64,000 nucleotides of DNA from Camelus ferus (Eukaryota): contig NC_045696.1 of NCBI RefSeq assembly GCF_009834535.1, positions 111,416,001 through 111,480,000 of the forward strand, read 5' to 3'. Made by a program: the position numbers and the translations under genes. This document shows, piece by piece, positions 39,164 through 51,544 of this stretch. The notes beneath the pieces are model-generated. The model was not told the DNA's origin, made no database searches, and worked only from the letters and a program-made list of their open reading frames with translations. Numbering within the stretch: position 1 is the first letter of the stretch; the number at the start of each line of letters is the position of its first letter.

Positions 39164-40014
39164 GACCTCACAGAAAGCAATGGGCTGCATGTCTCTCTGG
39201 ACCACCCGGCATGTGATCCCATTAAAGTGAAATGTGGGACATTCCTGCTTCAATCCCACCGGTGGACCTGGCATAAACTCTACAATAGAAATGGGTAGCT
39301 ATTTTCAGGCTATTTGGCGGGGAAGGGTTGATTTTGTGTGGAGATATACCAACAGCATAATTTATTAAACTGGACATAGATATTTACTTACAAAAATGTA
39401 AAACTATTCTGTAATTTGTAAAATCTCTGAAGCATGTTAACATGACTTCACTGGAGAGGCAGCATCCAAATCTTCCTGAATGTGTATCCCTGGCTGGCTG
39501 ACTGACATTTAAACAAATCAGAAGGCATTTTGCTTCAGAAGCACATTGAGCCCCAGAGTTACTTGTTTATATTATCCTTCAGAACTCGGTGACTACATTT
39601 TGCGAGCTGGTTATGTATAATTTTAGAAACAAAGAAATCAACTAAAAGAGTACATTGGCCATGGATAGTGACTAATAATAAAAAAAATCGTAAAAATAAC
39701 CATAGAGAGAATGTGGCAAGGGTGGAAAATTTGTCAGATTAGGCAAAAAATACTTTTTAACTGGTTGGTGTTAGAAAAATACATTTTGTTTTTTGTGTGA
39801 CTTTTGCCTGAGGACTTGTTCACCAAGAACGCACCACCTCACCTTCCTGAGTTCCCATTGCCCTTATGATCCCGTGATATTTACTATGAACGGGCTCCAA
39901 GTCTTTGTTCATCTTTCCCATCTGCCTGGAACACCTTTCCTTTGGTTGTCTGATGTCTATTTCTAGTTTAATTCCTTTGTTAAACTCCTTCACAAGTCTT
40001 TCTGCACCACCAGG

Positions 40015-40432
40015 CAGAGGTTGGTACACTACATCCCATGGGCCAAATCTGGCCCATTCCTGGCTTCTGCATGGTCCATGAGCTAAGGATGGTTTCTATG
40101 GATGCACATTTGCAATCAACCCAATGACAGAGAACTAACCTTGAATCCCAATTAAGTAAGATCTTATCTGCCCTCAACAACAACAAAAAATCAGACAAAA
40201 GAATTCTGTTCTCCTCACTAGAAGACCTGCACTATAAAATAAAATAAAATAAAATAAAATACTCAATAATTAGTAGCACATTTTAAATTACCTCATCAAA
40301 AATGTATGGATATTTCTTTGCTCTCTTGTTATATAAATACCTACTCATGATCCTTAAGTTTGTCTCTTGTCCTATAAAAGCCAAACATCTTTACTATGTT
40401 AGCCTCATAGAAAAAAATCTATCAACCTCTTC
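40015..40432. mobile_element. MER58-family hAT-Charlie MITE
   Basis: CAGAGGTTGG...GGGCCAAATCTGGCCC...GAGCTAAGGATGGTTT...TCAACCTCT. Confidence 0.7.
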
Positions 40433-41431
40433 ACTAGAATCATGGAACCCACAGAAGCCAGAAAAATTTCTTATTCAGCATCTTGATTATAAAGATGAGG
40501 ATACCAATGCCCAGAGAAGGGAAAAGCCCCCCCTTTCCATTTCTCAGCAGCGTTAGGACTGGCCTCCCAAGCCTCTGGGCTGTGCCATGCTTTTCCCCAA
40601 GTCACAACTCAACAGATGTTTGTAAAGTGACCAGAAAGAAGAAGCAAGTTTTCCCAGAGAACATGGAAGTCAGACAGTGCACCCAATCTCCATCACATAG
40701 ACCTTTTCCCTCCTGCCTTTTGCTCCATGTTTCTTTTAATGGAAATCCAACGACTGGGTAAATTCAAACCTCACTCTGTCTCCAGCAAGTGCTTGAAGAT
40801 GTTACGTGAGAAGCAGCTGTGAAGGGGGAATGTGACCAGTTAAATGTGAGCAAAGTCAAAAAGCCTGAAGAGAATTCTACAGCCTAATAATGGTTTGTTA
40901 AATAACGCCCTGGCGAGGCTGCCAGACTGACTGTTGGCCTGCACCTTTCAGTTTCTTTTTGAAACAGTTCAGTAAAACCCATCTGCCTCTGCCTGGAGAC
41001 CCACCATCCTACACAGCGGAACTTTTTTCCAAGGGGCAGGGTCAACAGTGGAACTCGATTCATCATGTTTACAAAAAGGTCAGACATAACTGAACAGCCT
41101 GCCTGGAGATTTTATTTAAATTTACTGTTTTTGAAAGAGGCTTTAAAAAAAAAACTTCATACTGTGCTCAGAATGAAGGAGCCATTTGATTTGTATGATT
41201 TGCATTTCAAAGGTCATCAGCTATATGAAACTTGGTCAGCAGGCACTGGGATGAGAGGAGTTAAGAGCTGACAAATAATAGGGTAGTTTTACCTCTATGT
41301 TCAATGAAGCTTTATTCAAAAGCATCATAATTATAGAGATTTTCAGAATATCAGCTGTCTAGCAGTTGTGCTTGGGGAAATTAGAATCCCAACTCAAGCA
41401 TTCTAATGAATCGATTCAAGTCCACAGAAAT

Positions 41432-41471
<40 letters not shown>

Positions 41472-41560
41472 CATACATACATACATACATACATACATAC
41501 ATACATAGATACATACATACATAGATACATAGATAGAAGTATAGATAGATAGATAGAAGT

Positions 41561-41627
<67 letters not shown>
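41432..41627 (+). repeat. Compound (GATA)n/(CATA)n tetranucleotide microsatellite
   Basis: Visible GATA-CATA-GATA blocks with two GAAGTA interruptions. Confidence 0.97.
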
Positions 41628-42070
41628 TGGTACTGTGATAGCTGAAAAGCATAATTTTCTGAGCAATCACTTGAAGATGCTCATGTATTATTCTAAAGCT
41701 CAGAGAGAGGCTATGCATTCAGACACACTGTGCTTTATTTATAGGGGAATTTTCAGAAGGACTGTTCACATTATGATCGTGACTGGCTGGGGGTGTTCTT
41801 CCTATACGTTCCTAACTGCTCTCATGTGACATACAACTTACTGTGGATTATTGTTTTAACAGGATGCTTATGAGGACCAAGGAATGGTGATCATGCTTAC
41901 CCGGACTAACCCTTTAAAGAACTTCTTTCCTTCAACCCATTCAGGTAAGTTCTGCGCAAACCAATTAAGCTCTCAAAGGACCACAAAAATATTGTTAGTG
42001 TTGATTTGGAAAAAAAAAAAAAAAGCAAAGATCCAGGAAGGTTTTGACAATTTAAGAAATGAAGGAATCC

Positions 42071-42243
42071 CTTCTGTATAGCATAGGGAACTGTATTCAA
42101 TATCTTGTAGTAACCTGCAATGAAAAAGAATATTAAAAGGGATATATGTATGTATGTGGATGACTGAAACATGATGGTGTACACCAGAAATAGTCAATGC
42201 ACTGTAAACTGACTATACTTCAACAAGTAAATCTTTTTTAAGG
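42071..42243 (+). mobile_element. LINE-1 3' end
   Basis: CTGTATAGCATAGGGAACTGTATTCAATATCTTG...ACTATACTTCAA; TSD AAT(G/A)AAGGAATCC at 42058-42070 and 42244-42256. Confidence 0.85.
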
Positions 42244-42499
42244 AATAAAGGAATCCTGTCTTAAGAATGAGAGGAACACATGCTTCTCTCCTGTGTCAGA
42301 AGAGAGGATGAACTTTCAGAACTGAAGGGTCTGAGGAGAGGGCTGATAAGGAAGAAGAACTAATCAGTCTCTCTCACATTTGTCATTTTTCTCTCTTTTT
42401 CAGGATCCACCCCTTTATGTATCTTAGGTCCTGATGCTCCTTTGTTTGCAGAATGGCATAGTGGAAGATGGAACGCTGACTCAGTGGAGAGGACCAACG

Positions 42500-42700
42500 T
42501 GGCCATCAGACAATCCAGACTTGAGTCTTCACTCTGCTGCTATGTCATCACCGAACTCCTCGGAACCTCAGTTTCCACAGGTATAGCATGATTCTAAGGA
42601 TAAAGCCTTCCTCGCTTGTTGGTTTGAGGACTGAGTGAGATAATCTGTGTAAATGTCTCACCAAAGTGCCTGACTTTCACAGACCTTGAACAAATATAAG
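42500..42700 (+). mobile_element. MIR SINE
   Basis: CCTCAGTTTCC...TGAGGACTGAGTGAGATAAT...AGTGCCTGAC. Confidence 0.65.
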
Positions 42701-43169
42701 GAGACAGAGAGCAGATCAAGTTCACTGAGGTGCTATCAGGACCTTCCCCACATGGTCCTTAGCTTCACTCAGAATGACGAAAGGGAAGGGGGAGCTTAGA
42801 GACCATGTGCTTCTCACATCTCAATCATCCAGGGAACTTTATGTTTTAAAATCTATTGAGCTTTTCCCTACATCTATTTAATTAGAAGCTCTGGCATGTA
42901 TTCCTGATGTTAGTGTGTTTAAAAAGTAGCTCCCAGGTGATTCTGGTAAGACACCAGATGTGGTAACTTCTGATTTAAGCCACTTTCCACCAAATGAAGA
43001 AATCCCTTCACATCCCTGCTCCAGCCCCTTCAGTGCCCAGCAGTCCTCTCCGGTAGAGAGGATCTTCTGTTGCATCAGTCTGGTTGTTAGATAATGTTTT
43101 TCTATGAGGTCCAAAAATGTTGTAATTTCTACACTTCCTTTCCCTTCTTTACTTCTTAGTATGGAACAA

Positions 43170-43605
43170 TTCTTCTTTTTTTTTAATTCTTATAATTGCT
43201 GTTGTTATTTTTTTTAATTGAAGTACAGTCAGTTACAATGTGTCAATTTCTGACGTACAGCACAGTGTCCCAGTCATGCGTATACATACATATATTCATT
43301 TTTGTATTCTTTTTCATTAAAGATTATTACAAGATATTGAATATAGTTCCCTGCGCTATACAAAAGAAATTTTTATCTATTTTTACACACAGTGGTTATC
43401 ATTTGCAAATACCAAACCCTCAAATTTATCCTGTCCCACCTCCTTTCCCCAGATAATCACAAGATTGTTTACTATGTCTGTGAGTCTGTTTCTGTTTTGT
43501 AGATGAGTTCACTAATGCTCTGTTTTCTTTCTTTCTTTTTTTTTTTTTACATTCCACATATGAGTGATATCATGTGGTATCTTTCTTTTTCTGGCTTGTT
43601 TCACT
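43170..43605 (-). mobile_element. LINE-1 3' end
   Basis: TTGAAGTACAGTCAGTTACAATGTGTC...ATTCCACATATGAGTGATATCAT; probable TSD ATGGAAC. Confidence 0.88.
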
Positions 43606-43970
43606 GCTCATGGAACTTAGAAATGGGGTTTTTGTTTTGGAGACTTTGGAATCATCATTCCAGCTTGTTGAGGTGATGGATAGAATTATTATAATCCACA
43701 TAGGCATTGCTCTTCTGTGCATTGTGTCATCTCATTCAGCCATTGGCCTAAAAAAATGCAGGACCAAGGGCTTAAGCCTATGAAATTCCACTAGAGACCA
43801 TCACCTGGGTGGACAGAGACCCACGCAACCCACTACAAGTCTGACGCTACTGAGCACTTTGCTCACGTCAAGAAAAATTTTAATTAGAGAGCTCCTTGGG
43901 TCTACCAGCCTCATAAAGTTATTTATAAAGGAACTGAAATCAGCTTCGGATGACTTCCTCTTATTGAATA

Positions 43971-44107
43971 CAGTTGCTCCTCGTTACCTCTGGGGGATTG
44001 GTTCCAGGACCCTTCAGATACCAAAACGCACAGGCGCTCAAGTCCTCTGTATAAAATGGAGTAGGTGCAGTCGGCCTCCACGTCCATGAATGCAGAGAGC
44101 GGACCAT
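43971..44107. mobile_element. Short MER2-related Tigger MITE
   Basis: TA|CAGTTGCTCCTCGTTACC...GATTGGTTCCAGGACCC...CTCAAGTCC...TATAAAATGG. Confidence 0.7.
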
Positions 44108-44679
44108 AGACATGAGTGGCTATGGATCCTTGCCTTTCCTAAAGATGCATAAACAACTTAATGATCTATTTCAGAGCAGTCTGAGGTTGTAAACATCAAG
44201 GTCACCAGTTTATATCAACCAGAAGCTAGCCTTTGTGAGACTAAGGGAATCATCTGACTGTCTCCGTTTTTCGGGAACTTCTTATGAGCTCTTAGAGGTT
44301 ACTGACAATGATTCCGAGACTCAGAAATCCCATATCTACGTTCCATGTCTGGTTCCTTTTATGCTCAGATACCTGAATTCTTTGAAACCTACTAGATCTT
44401 CTTTTACCTGGCGACAGTGCTTCCTTATTTTGTTTTTAGTGGGTTTTTCCCCCCTTTTTGTTTTGGAAATGCTTTTCCTTTCTAGACAATGGAAACAAAA
44501 ATAGACATCGTGATTTCTCCCTTCTCTCCTTCATGTGCGCACACATCTTTTTTTCAGGCTTCAGGCTTGATATTTCCTCCGATGGTAGGTACCGCTTGCT
44601 CCAAGGATTTCTGAAACAGCTTTCTTAGCCACTAAAATTCTGGGAATGTCCTTTCCAGCTTAACCTTCACAGTAGCATT

Positions 44680-44885
44680 CCCTGCTTTCCAATTCAACCT
44701 TGCTCATTTGACATCTGAGGCCAGATAATGCTTTGTTGCAGGATGGAAGGACCATCCTGTACATACAGGATATTTAGCAGTAGGTGCCAGTGAGTCTGTC
44801 CACTAGGTGCCAGTGGCACACGCCACCCCCACCCTGGTTATGACAACTGGAAGATACCTTCAGACATCACCCCACGTTGAGAATC
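44680..44885. mobile_element. MER20
   Basis: TTGACATCTGAGGCCAGATAATGCTTTGTTG...CCACTAGGTGCCAGT...GTTGAGAA. Confidence 0.7.
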
Positions 44886-45879
44886 TAATTTGAGGAAATT
44901 TGCAGAATCTTATATCAAAACTTTTAGATTATAGTGTAACTTTCCTTGGCAAGTGCCCCTTGGTGCCTCTAGGCTGTTTCATACTTACATTTGCTATCAA
45001 CACTGCCATGCAGCTTGAATTGTATGTAGGCAAACCAGGGACCCTCCTTGGACAACCAGGACCCCCAAATCTATAGTTCTTAAAGATCGTCTCTCGAACC
45101 TGGCATTTCCCCTATTTCATTTGCAAGTCTGCCATTGTTTGGTTAGCCAAAGAAAAATTTGAACACCTCCTCTTAGAGCTTCTCAGATCACAAGGTTAAG
45201 ATAAAAATAATGAAATCATGAGACAATATTCTACAGTCCTCCATTCTTCACATAGATTCACACAGATTCTGAGGATGGAAGAAACCGATCAGTTTGCCTT
45301 GGCTATTCCTTACAACACTTTTCAAGAAATGCTGATTTACACCAGAGTTAATCTTTTCTCCTCATATATCATTTCTAGCTACTTTCCCAACAAAGATTTT
45401 TTTGTTTTTTTGATCTTACCTATCCCATCACTGGATGTACTTTTGGTGGTGTGTCCTTGTAATAAAGTCAACTGAGCAAAACCCAGAGGGGAGGGTGCTT
45501 TCAAATGTCTTTTGGGAAGAAAGAAAACAATCCACAAAAAGAAAGGTGACACTTACCCTTTAGAAATAGCCCGCTGTGGCAAAAAGGAACACACAGAAAA
45601 GGATAATTTTGTGATTCAAAGAGAATGTAGAAGTCAGAATTCCTGCCAAAGGAGAAGGACAGAAGTGCAGAGCACTGGGAGGGCATGGCTGCCTGGCTCA
45701 CTGCCTACTCCTTCCCTCCAGGGAAGACAGGCTGTGACACCTCATGCAAGTTCAGAGAATCTCCTTTCCTCTTTATAGCACCATGATCCCAATTTTGTAA
45801 AAGTTCCCACCACAAAGCCTTTCCCAGAGATTCTTGGGAAGTTTCCTGGGTCCACCCCAGAGTATGTTTGGCACCCACC

Positions 45880-46050
45880 AGTAGCCACTGGGCCAATGCT
45901 TTGCAAACATTAGCGTGCTTGAAAATCATCAGGGAAGCTTATTTCAAACATAGCATCCTGGGACCTGCCCACCAGAGATTCACTACGTGTGAATTCACAT
46001 GGTTTTACAAGTAGCATGGTAATTCTGATGCATGGTTGAAAAACACCATC
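45880..46050. mobile_element. MER5-like MITE
   Basis: AATCATCAGGGAAGCTT...CCCACCAGAGATTC...GGTAATTCTGATGCA. Confidence 0.55.
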
Positions 46051-46769
46051 TTTGGTTTCTTAGGGTGAATCTAGGAAAACCCTGATCCTGGAGCCTCGTC
46101 ATGTGGGCACAAGATTTATTTTATCATAGCGTTTCGTACCGCTCCCCAAGGACAGGCAGCAGATAAGCAACATAAAATCATGTTGCCAAAGCCTGTAAGT
46201 AAACCAGCAAGAGAAGAAATGTATCAGATGCCTTGTTGCTGGCCAAAAATATATATATATGTGTGTGTGTGTCTAGCAAGATTATGTTGTTGACTATTAA
46301 GTTTTAGTTTCTGTATAAATTAAGATTTCTTTTCTCAAAAAAAAAAAGGCCACAAGTATGCATTTTGTCTCCCCAATAAACCATGAGATGTGCATATTAC
46401 ATGCAAATGTCTTGCCAACATTGTTGCTAAACACTCTCCATCTGCGAGCCCAGTGGCAGACCTGGGCTGGGAGCTGAGCTATCCCACCCACTGATGGTCA
46501 CCTGACATGTTGGCTCATGCGTCTGTGTTGTCTGGGCAAGACAAGTTCTAGGTTGTCCCCCTCAGAGAGACAGCTGACTCTCACTTCTCTATAAACCTCA
46601 TTTCTAAGGCCTGGAGCCAACCCCACACAAGCAGGATTTCTCTTTTCCAAGATGTTTCCAGGACAGAGGCATTTAGGGGAAGTCACCATAACATCAACTC
46701 TCTTTGAGAACAAATTGATGTTGGTTTTACTCTTATTCTACAAGAATAAATGAAAACATACACAGGAAT

Positions 46770-47030
46770 TTTTTTTCCTTTTATTGATGAATAAATACAG
46801 AGACCAAAGTGCACAGAACATCAGTACTCAGCTGGATGAACTTTCACAGAGTTGAGCTTACCCCTCCAGCCATCCTCTAGACCAAGACACAAAATATCAC
46901 AGTATCCCAGAGACCATCTCTGACACTCTTTCGATCAGCCTCCCAGGGTGGGGGCAAGGCCATGGTTTTGACCATTTGGGGCCCTTATAAAAGGAATAAT
47001 GTTGCCTGTGCTCTTTTGTGTCTGGTATCT
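46770..47030 (-). mobile_element. Ancient L1ME 3' fragment
   Basis: AAAGTGCACA...CAGCTGGATGAACTTTCACA...CTCTTTTGTGTCTGG. Confidence 0.5.
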
Positions 47031-49174
47031 TTGAAAACAAGTCCTCCTAATACATGAATACCCATCTAGCGCCCTCTGTTCTCCTGGGATGCTGTCCATC
47101 AAATCCTGAGAACATATTCAGTAGAGCAAAGTAACTGATCTACCTTGTGAGAAAACTCTCTAAATTTTAGTGGCAGCCTACAGCATGAACTTGACAGAAG
47201 CCATTACTGCCTTTCCATCAGACAATAAATTCACACCAAATGCCTACTGTGTGTGCCCCACTGGGCTGTCAGCTCAATGTTAGTACTATTGAGTAGGAAA
47301 GATATGGCCCACACCCAGAATGTATCAGAATGTAACTGGAAAGATCAGTACACACACACACACACAAAAGCCAAATAAAGGTCAAAATGTGTGTTTGTGT
47401 ATTTATGGTATTACACTGTGTGGTCTGGACAATTAGAGAAAAAAACAATGAGGTGCTACTTGAGTTACAGAGAGTAACCGCAAAGTGGGTTACGGAGGAA
47501 AGAGTCCAATGCACGCTTGTTGTCAGGGGAAGGGCTGACAGAACAGATGGCATTGTGTCCTGTTCATTGCAGCCATTGCTACAAAAATTGTGTTAGTCAT
47601 TGCACTAGGGGAGGAGCAGGGAGATCAAGATCAGGCAACCCCAGGTGGGCAAAAATAGGTAAGGGGGCATAAAAGTAGGTTCCTGTTGACAGAAAAAAAA
47701 AAAAAAAAAAAAAAAAAGAAAGCAAGAGATGTCAGCATTTGAGAGTCAGTGACGGTTTGCCACTGAGGCATTTTATTCCTCAGGGAAACTCAGCATCTCT
47801 TTATGAAGTTATTGTACTTGAGCCAAAAGGTTCCACAATTGAAACTTACGTCTCGGTAATGTCTCGGTAAGCACGCACTGACGGACAAGAGTTTGTTCTT
47901 TTTAATTCCAAAGAGTTCCTTTCAAGTTGGCCAAAGTGAAAAAATAAAATACAAGGCTAAGAAAATATCATTGATTGGGTGGCAGGAACTCTTTCATATG
48001 TATGTTAGCTATAATCCTCACCACGTCCTCAAAGGCAAGTACATGAGATCTAGGGCTCCGAGAGCTGCAAGATCTTTCTCAGGATTAACTAGCTTGTAAG
48101 GGTGGGGAGTTGGCTGGATTTCAGCTTGGGTCTATCTAGATACAAAAATCTAGATAGAAAACCTAGAGTGAAGAGTGATCCCTTTCAGATGGCTGTGCTA
48201 ATAATGGTCACAATAATGATGCTCAGTGTAACGCAGGATTTTCTTTCCTATAAATTCTTTATTTTCTATTGCTCTTAACGATCCCACCAATAGACCCATC
48301 TCCCTTGGACCTTCACACTGACCACTCTGACTGAGCAAAACCAGCCTTAGCCACATCACGGGGCTGGCTCACAAGTTTGTAAGTGGGAGGCCACCATTGA
48401 AGGCCAGGGCTTCTAGTTTCATTGCCAGTGTTGGTCCCACAAAAGAGGGAAGTACAACTTCAGTACTTCTGTGTAAATGTGGAAGATAAACCATAGTATG
48501 ATCCTTGAGTCACGCATGAAATAAAAATCCAAGGTATATTCACTGATGAAATGTCTTTATAGCAGTTGTTCAAAATGCCCTTCTTCATGGAGACCAAGGG
48601 GGATCAGACTCAACTATTCCTAACAATTATTTATCTCATCAAATCCCAGCTTGGTTGCAGCGTGGAAATTTCTACAGAAATGGATTTGTTTGCCTGCATC
48701 TGTCTGAGAATAAGAGAAGCAGAGGAAGGTTAAACATGCAAATGAGGCTGCAAAATTCATGACTGCGGATGTGTCTGAATTTTCAGCCCACACCTCGGTT
48801 AGGGCAGCACCTGGCTACCCTGGATAAAGTAGGCATGGAAAAAAGCTGGCTGGCTGTCCCAGAAAGCACACCACTCTTGGGTGCATGGCCTGAAAGAATC
48901 AGGCAACATAGCAAGACAGTTTAAATGCTCAGTGGCTAACCTCAGTCTCAGGGAGCCGTGTGTTGTTGTCTTCACTAAGCTCCCTGGACTTGGCAAAGAA
49001 ACCAGGCATCCCATGCCACTAACGAGCCACAGAGTAAGAACTTCCTCGGAGGACAGCTCTAGACCAGAGAGCTCCTTCCACAGCAGAGATTTGCGAACAG
49101 GGTCTCTAGGGGCGAGTGGGATGAGCCATCATCACAGTCAAATAAATACATGGCTTCCAGCACTCCCATGCACC

Positions 49175-49619
49175 TGTTACCAAGTCCAAACTCGCTCTGC
49201 TCGCCGCACAACAGGCCAGTAAATCGGGAGATGAGGTGTTGGGGCAAGGAATAGTGACTTTATTTGGAAAGCCGGCAGACCGAGAGGATGGCAGACTGAT
49301 GTCTTGGAGAACCATCCGGCTCCAGTCAGAATGCAGACTCCTTTTATACAAAACAAAACAAAACAAAAAACAGGGGAGTGGGCGTGGTTAGTTGTTGCAA
49401 ACTTCTTGATGTAGGAATTCTTTGTTCTGGCAGCCGTCCACGTGGGCCATCTCATGGAGCTCCTGCACAACCTCCAACAAAACAAAGGTTATTCTCTACT
49501 CTGCAACTTGTTATCTTTACATGAGTGCAGAGCTAGCAAAACTAAGCCTAGAAAACAGGGCACAGTGTTAAAGCTAAAGAACAGATCTAATAGAGTCAGA
49601 TTTGTTCTTTTCTGCTACA
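49175..49619 (-). mobile_element. ERV1-class solo LTR (445 bp, MER41-like architecture)
   Basis: Minus strand TGTAGCAG...GGACTTGGTAACA; TATAAAA at 49342-49348, AATAAA at 49259-49264; 4-bp TSD CACC/TACC. Confidence 0.85.
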
Positions 49620-50401
49620 TACCTCCTTGCCCACTGGCTTGATCTACTTGCTTAAAGTCTCCCTGATGTCTTAGGCAACGACAGGGCTCCAGCCAGAGTC
49701 CCTGGGAAGTGCTTCGACCGTATTTGTGCATGCTCCTCCTCCCTTTGGTGTGCTTGACGCTCCGAAAGTCAGCACGTTTTTTCAAGACTCCTTCAGGCTT
49801 CCAGAAGGGAGAGCCTGAAGCACCTGCAAATTAATGAGCCCCTTGGAGAACCCCGAACCAATGACTGACAGGTGTCAGTGTATGAAAGATCTTTGCCTGG
49901 GCTTCAAGACAAGTCTGTTTGTGCCTGGAATTCCACAGAGACTTTCATTCAGCAGTTCATTCGGTCTTCTCCTAAACACGGGGGGCTCAATTTTAGCCCG
50001 AGAAGCTAGCTAGAAGAGAGAAAATGCCATTCTTCACAGCACATCCCCTCCCCTTTGAGAAGCCTGCCTGCGATAAATGTCACCACCACCCACCTGTCTT
50101 AGTCACACCAGTCAGGAGGCCCCATGCACATCAACGTTTGTAGAGAGATCCCCGCGAGGGTGCCGGAGCTGTGTTCTGTACGTGCAATGTCTCAGGACTA
50201 GGTGAGGTGGTCAAAATGCCCTGTTATAGAAGAAGCGTCTGGAGGGAGGTAAAACTTGAAGCAGCAATGAGTGTGCAAAGAAAAGTTTGCAAGCAGATTT
50301 GCAGTGGAAAGTAGGTCTGAGCTGCTAAAGGTAAAAAGAAAATGTAGCTGAGGAGGGAATTAGGCTAAAAGATCAGGAAAGACAGGCCTGTTTCTCCAAT
50401 A

Positions 50402-50577
50402 GCCATGGTTCTTAAAGGGTGTTCTCTGGTCCAGCAGACCAGCATCCCTCTGAGAGCTTGTTAGAAATACAAATCCTCGGGTCCCACCCCAGACCTCCTA
50501 GATAAGAGCCCAGCAAGCTGTGGTTTAGCCAGCCCTCCAGGAGAGTCTGATGAATGCTAAAGTTTGAGAACTGCTGG
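50402..50577. mobile_element. MER5A
   Basis: TGGTTCTTAAAG...GAGCTTGTTAGAAATACAAATCCTCGGGTCCCACCCCAGACC...AGTTTGAGAACTGCTG. Confidence 0.85.
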
Positions 50578-51544
50578 TCTAAGGTCTAATTCTCCTAGAA
50601 CGCTGCCCCCAACAGGTGAGGAGCAATTGCCTTTCCCTAAATACCAGGTGTTATGGGGTAAATGGTTTAGAATTTACAACACTAGTACGGACCTGGTAAA
50701 GCTCAAATTACATGTTTTTTTCTTTTTTTTCCCCCTGTAGCCTTAAGGCCTTAAAGAGAAAGGTCAAAAATCCTTACCTCCAAACACAACGTTCTCTGGT
50801 GTGTGGATGAGGGATGCAGAGGTCCCTGTCTCTGCCCTCATCTGTGCAGCGGTTGGCTGGGTAGGAACCAATTCATGGAGAGGCTCCAATATGCCCTTTC
50901 CAGTCTGGCATGGGAAACATTCAAGAGGATGTAAAATAAAACTGAAATCAGGACAATAATTAGAAAAGTGGAGGATGGAGAGCGATGCTTTCTAAGTGGA
51001 CGTGCTGTGAGACCTTGGGGACCTCAGTGATCTCTTTGGACTTGGCTTTTCTCTGCTTTAAAATGAGTAAGTCAACTGGATGGCCTCCAAGTCCAAATCC
51101 ACTGTAAAACTCACTCGGCCCCTCACGGCAGTCAGTGCCTCTTCTCCCTTAGATGTACTGCGTCTCTGCGGGTCTAATCACCACTTCCTAATCTCTGGGT
51201 TCATTCTTCCTGCTGACTTTCCCCAGGGCAAACTCCTTTGGATTAAAAAGCCTTTCAAAATTGTGAACTGGGTGTGCAACTGATGCCTACAAAGAAAGGA
51301 ACCGCGCTAAGCATATGCCAGAAAAACCCATTTCAGTAATAGAGGAAGGAAAAGACACAGAGTTTAATAAATATTAAAACAGAAGCAGACTTTAATACAA
51401 ATTAAGAGAGAGAATATTTCTCTTAATTTATATTAAACTCTTTTTTATTTTTCTCATACCTGGATCTCCTTTCTCTGACTATTAAGTTCTTAGTTTGTAC
51501 TTTTGTACCATCCTTCGCTTGCGTGAATAAATTCTGACAACAAG

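Noticed and set aside
41403..41718. SIYL-repeat ORFs
   Set aside because: Translation of the GATA/CATA microsatellite.
47067..47082. CTCF-like motif (AGAACAGAGGGCGCTA on minus strand)
   Set aside because: Lacks the conserved 5' CC of the core motif; unsupported without ChIP data.
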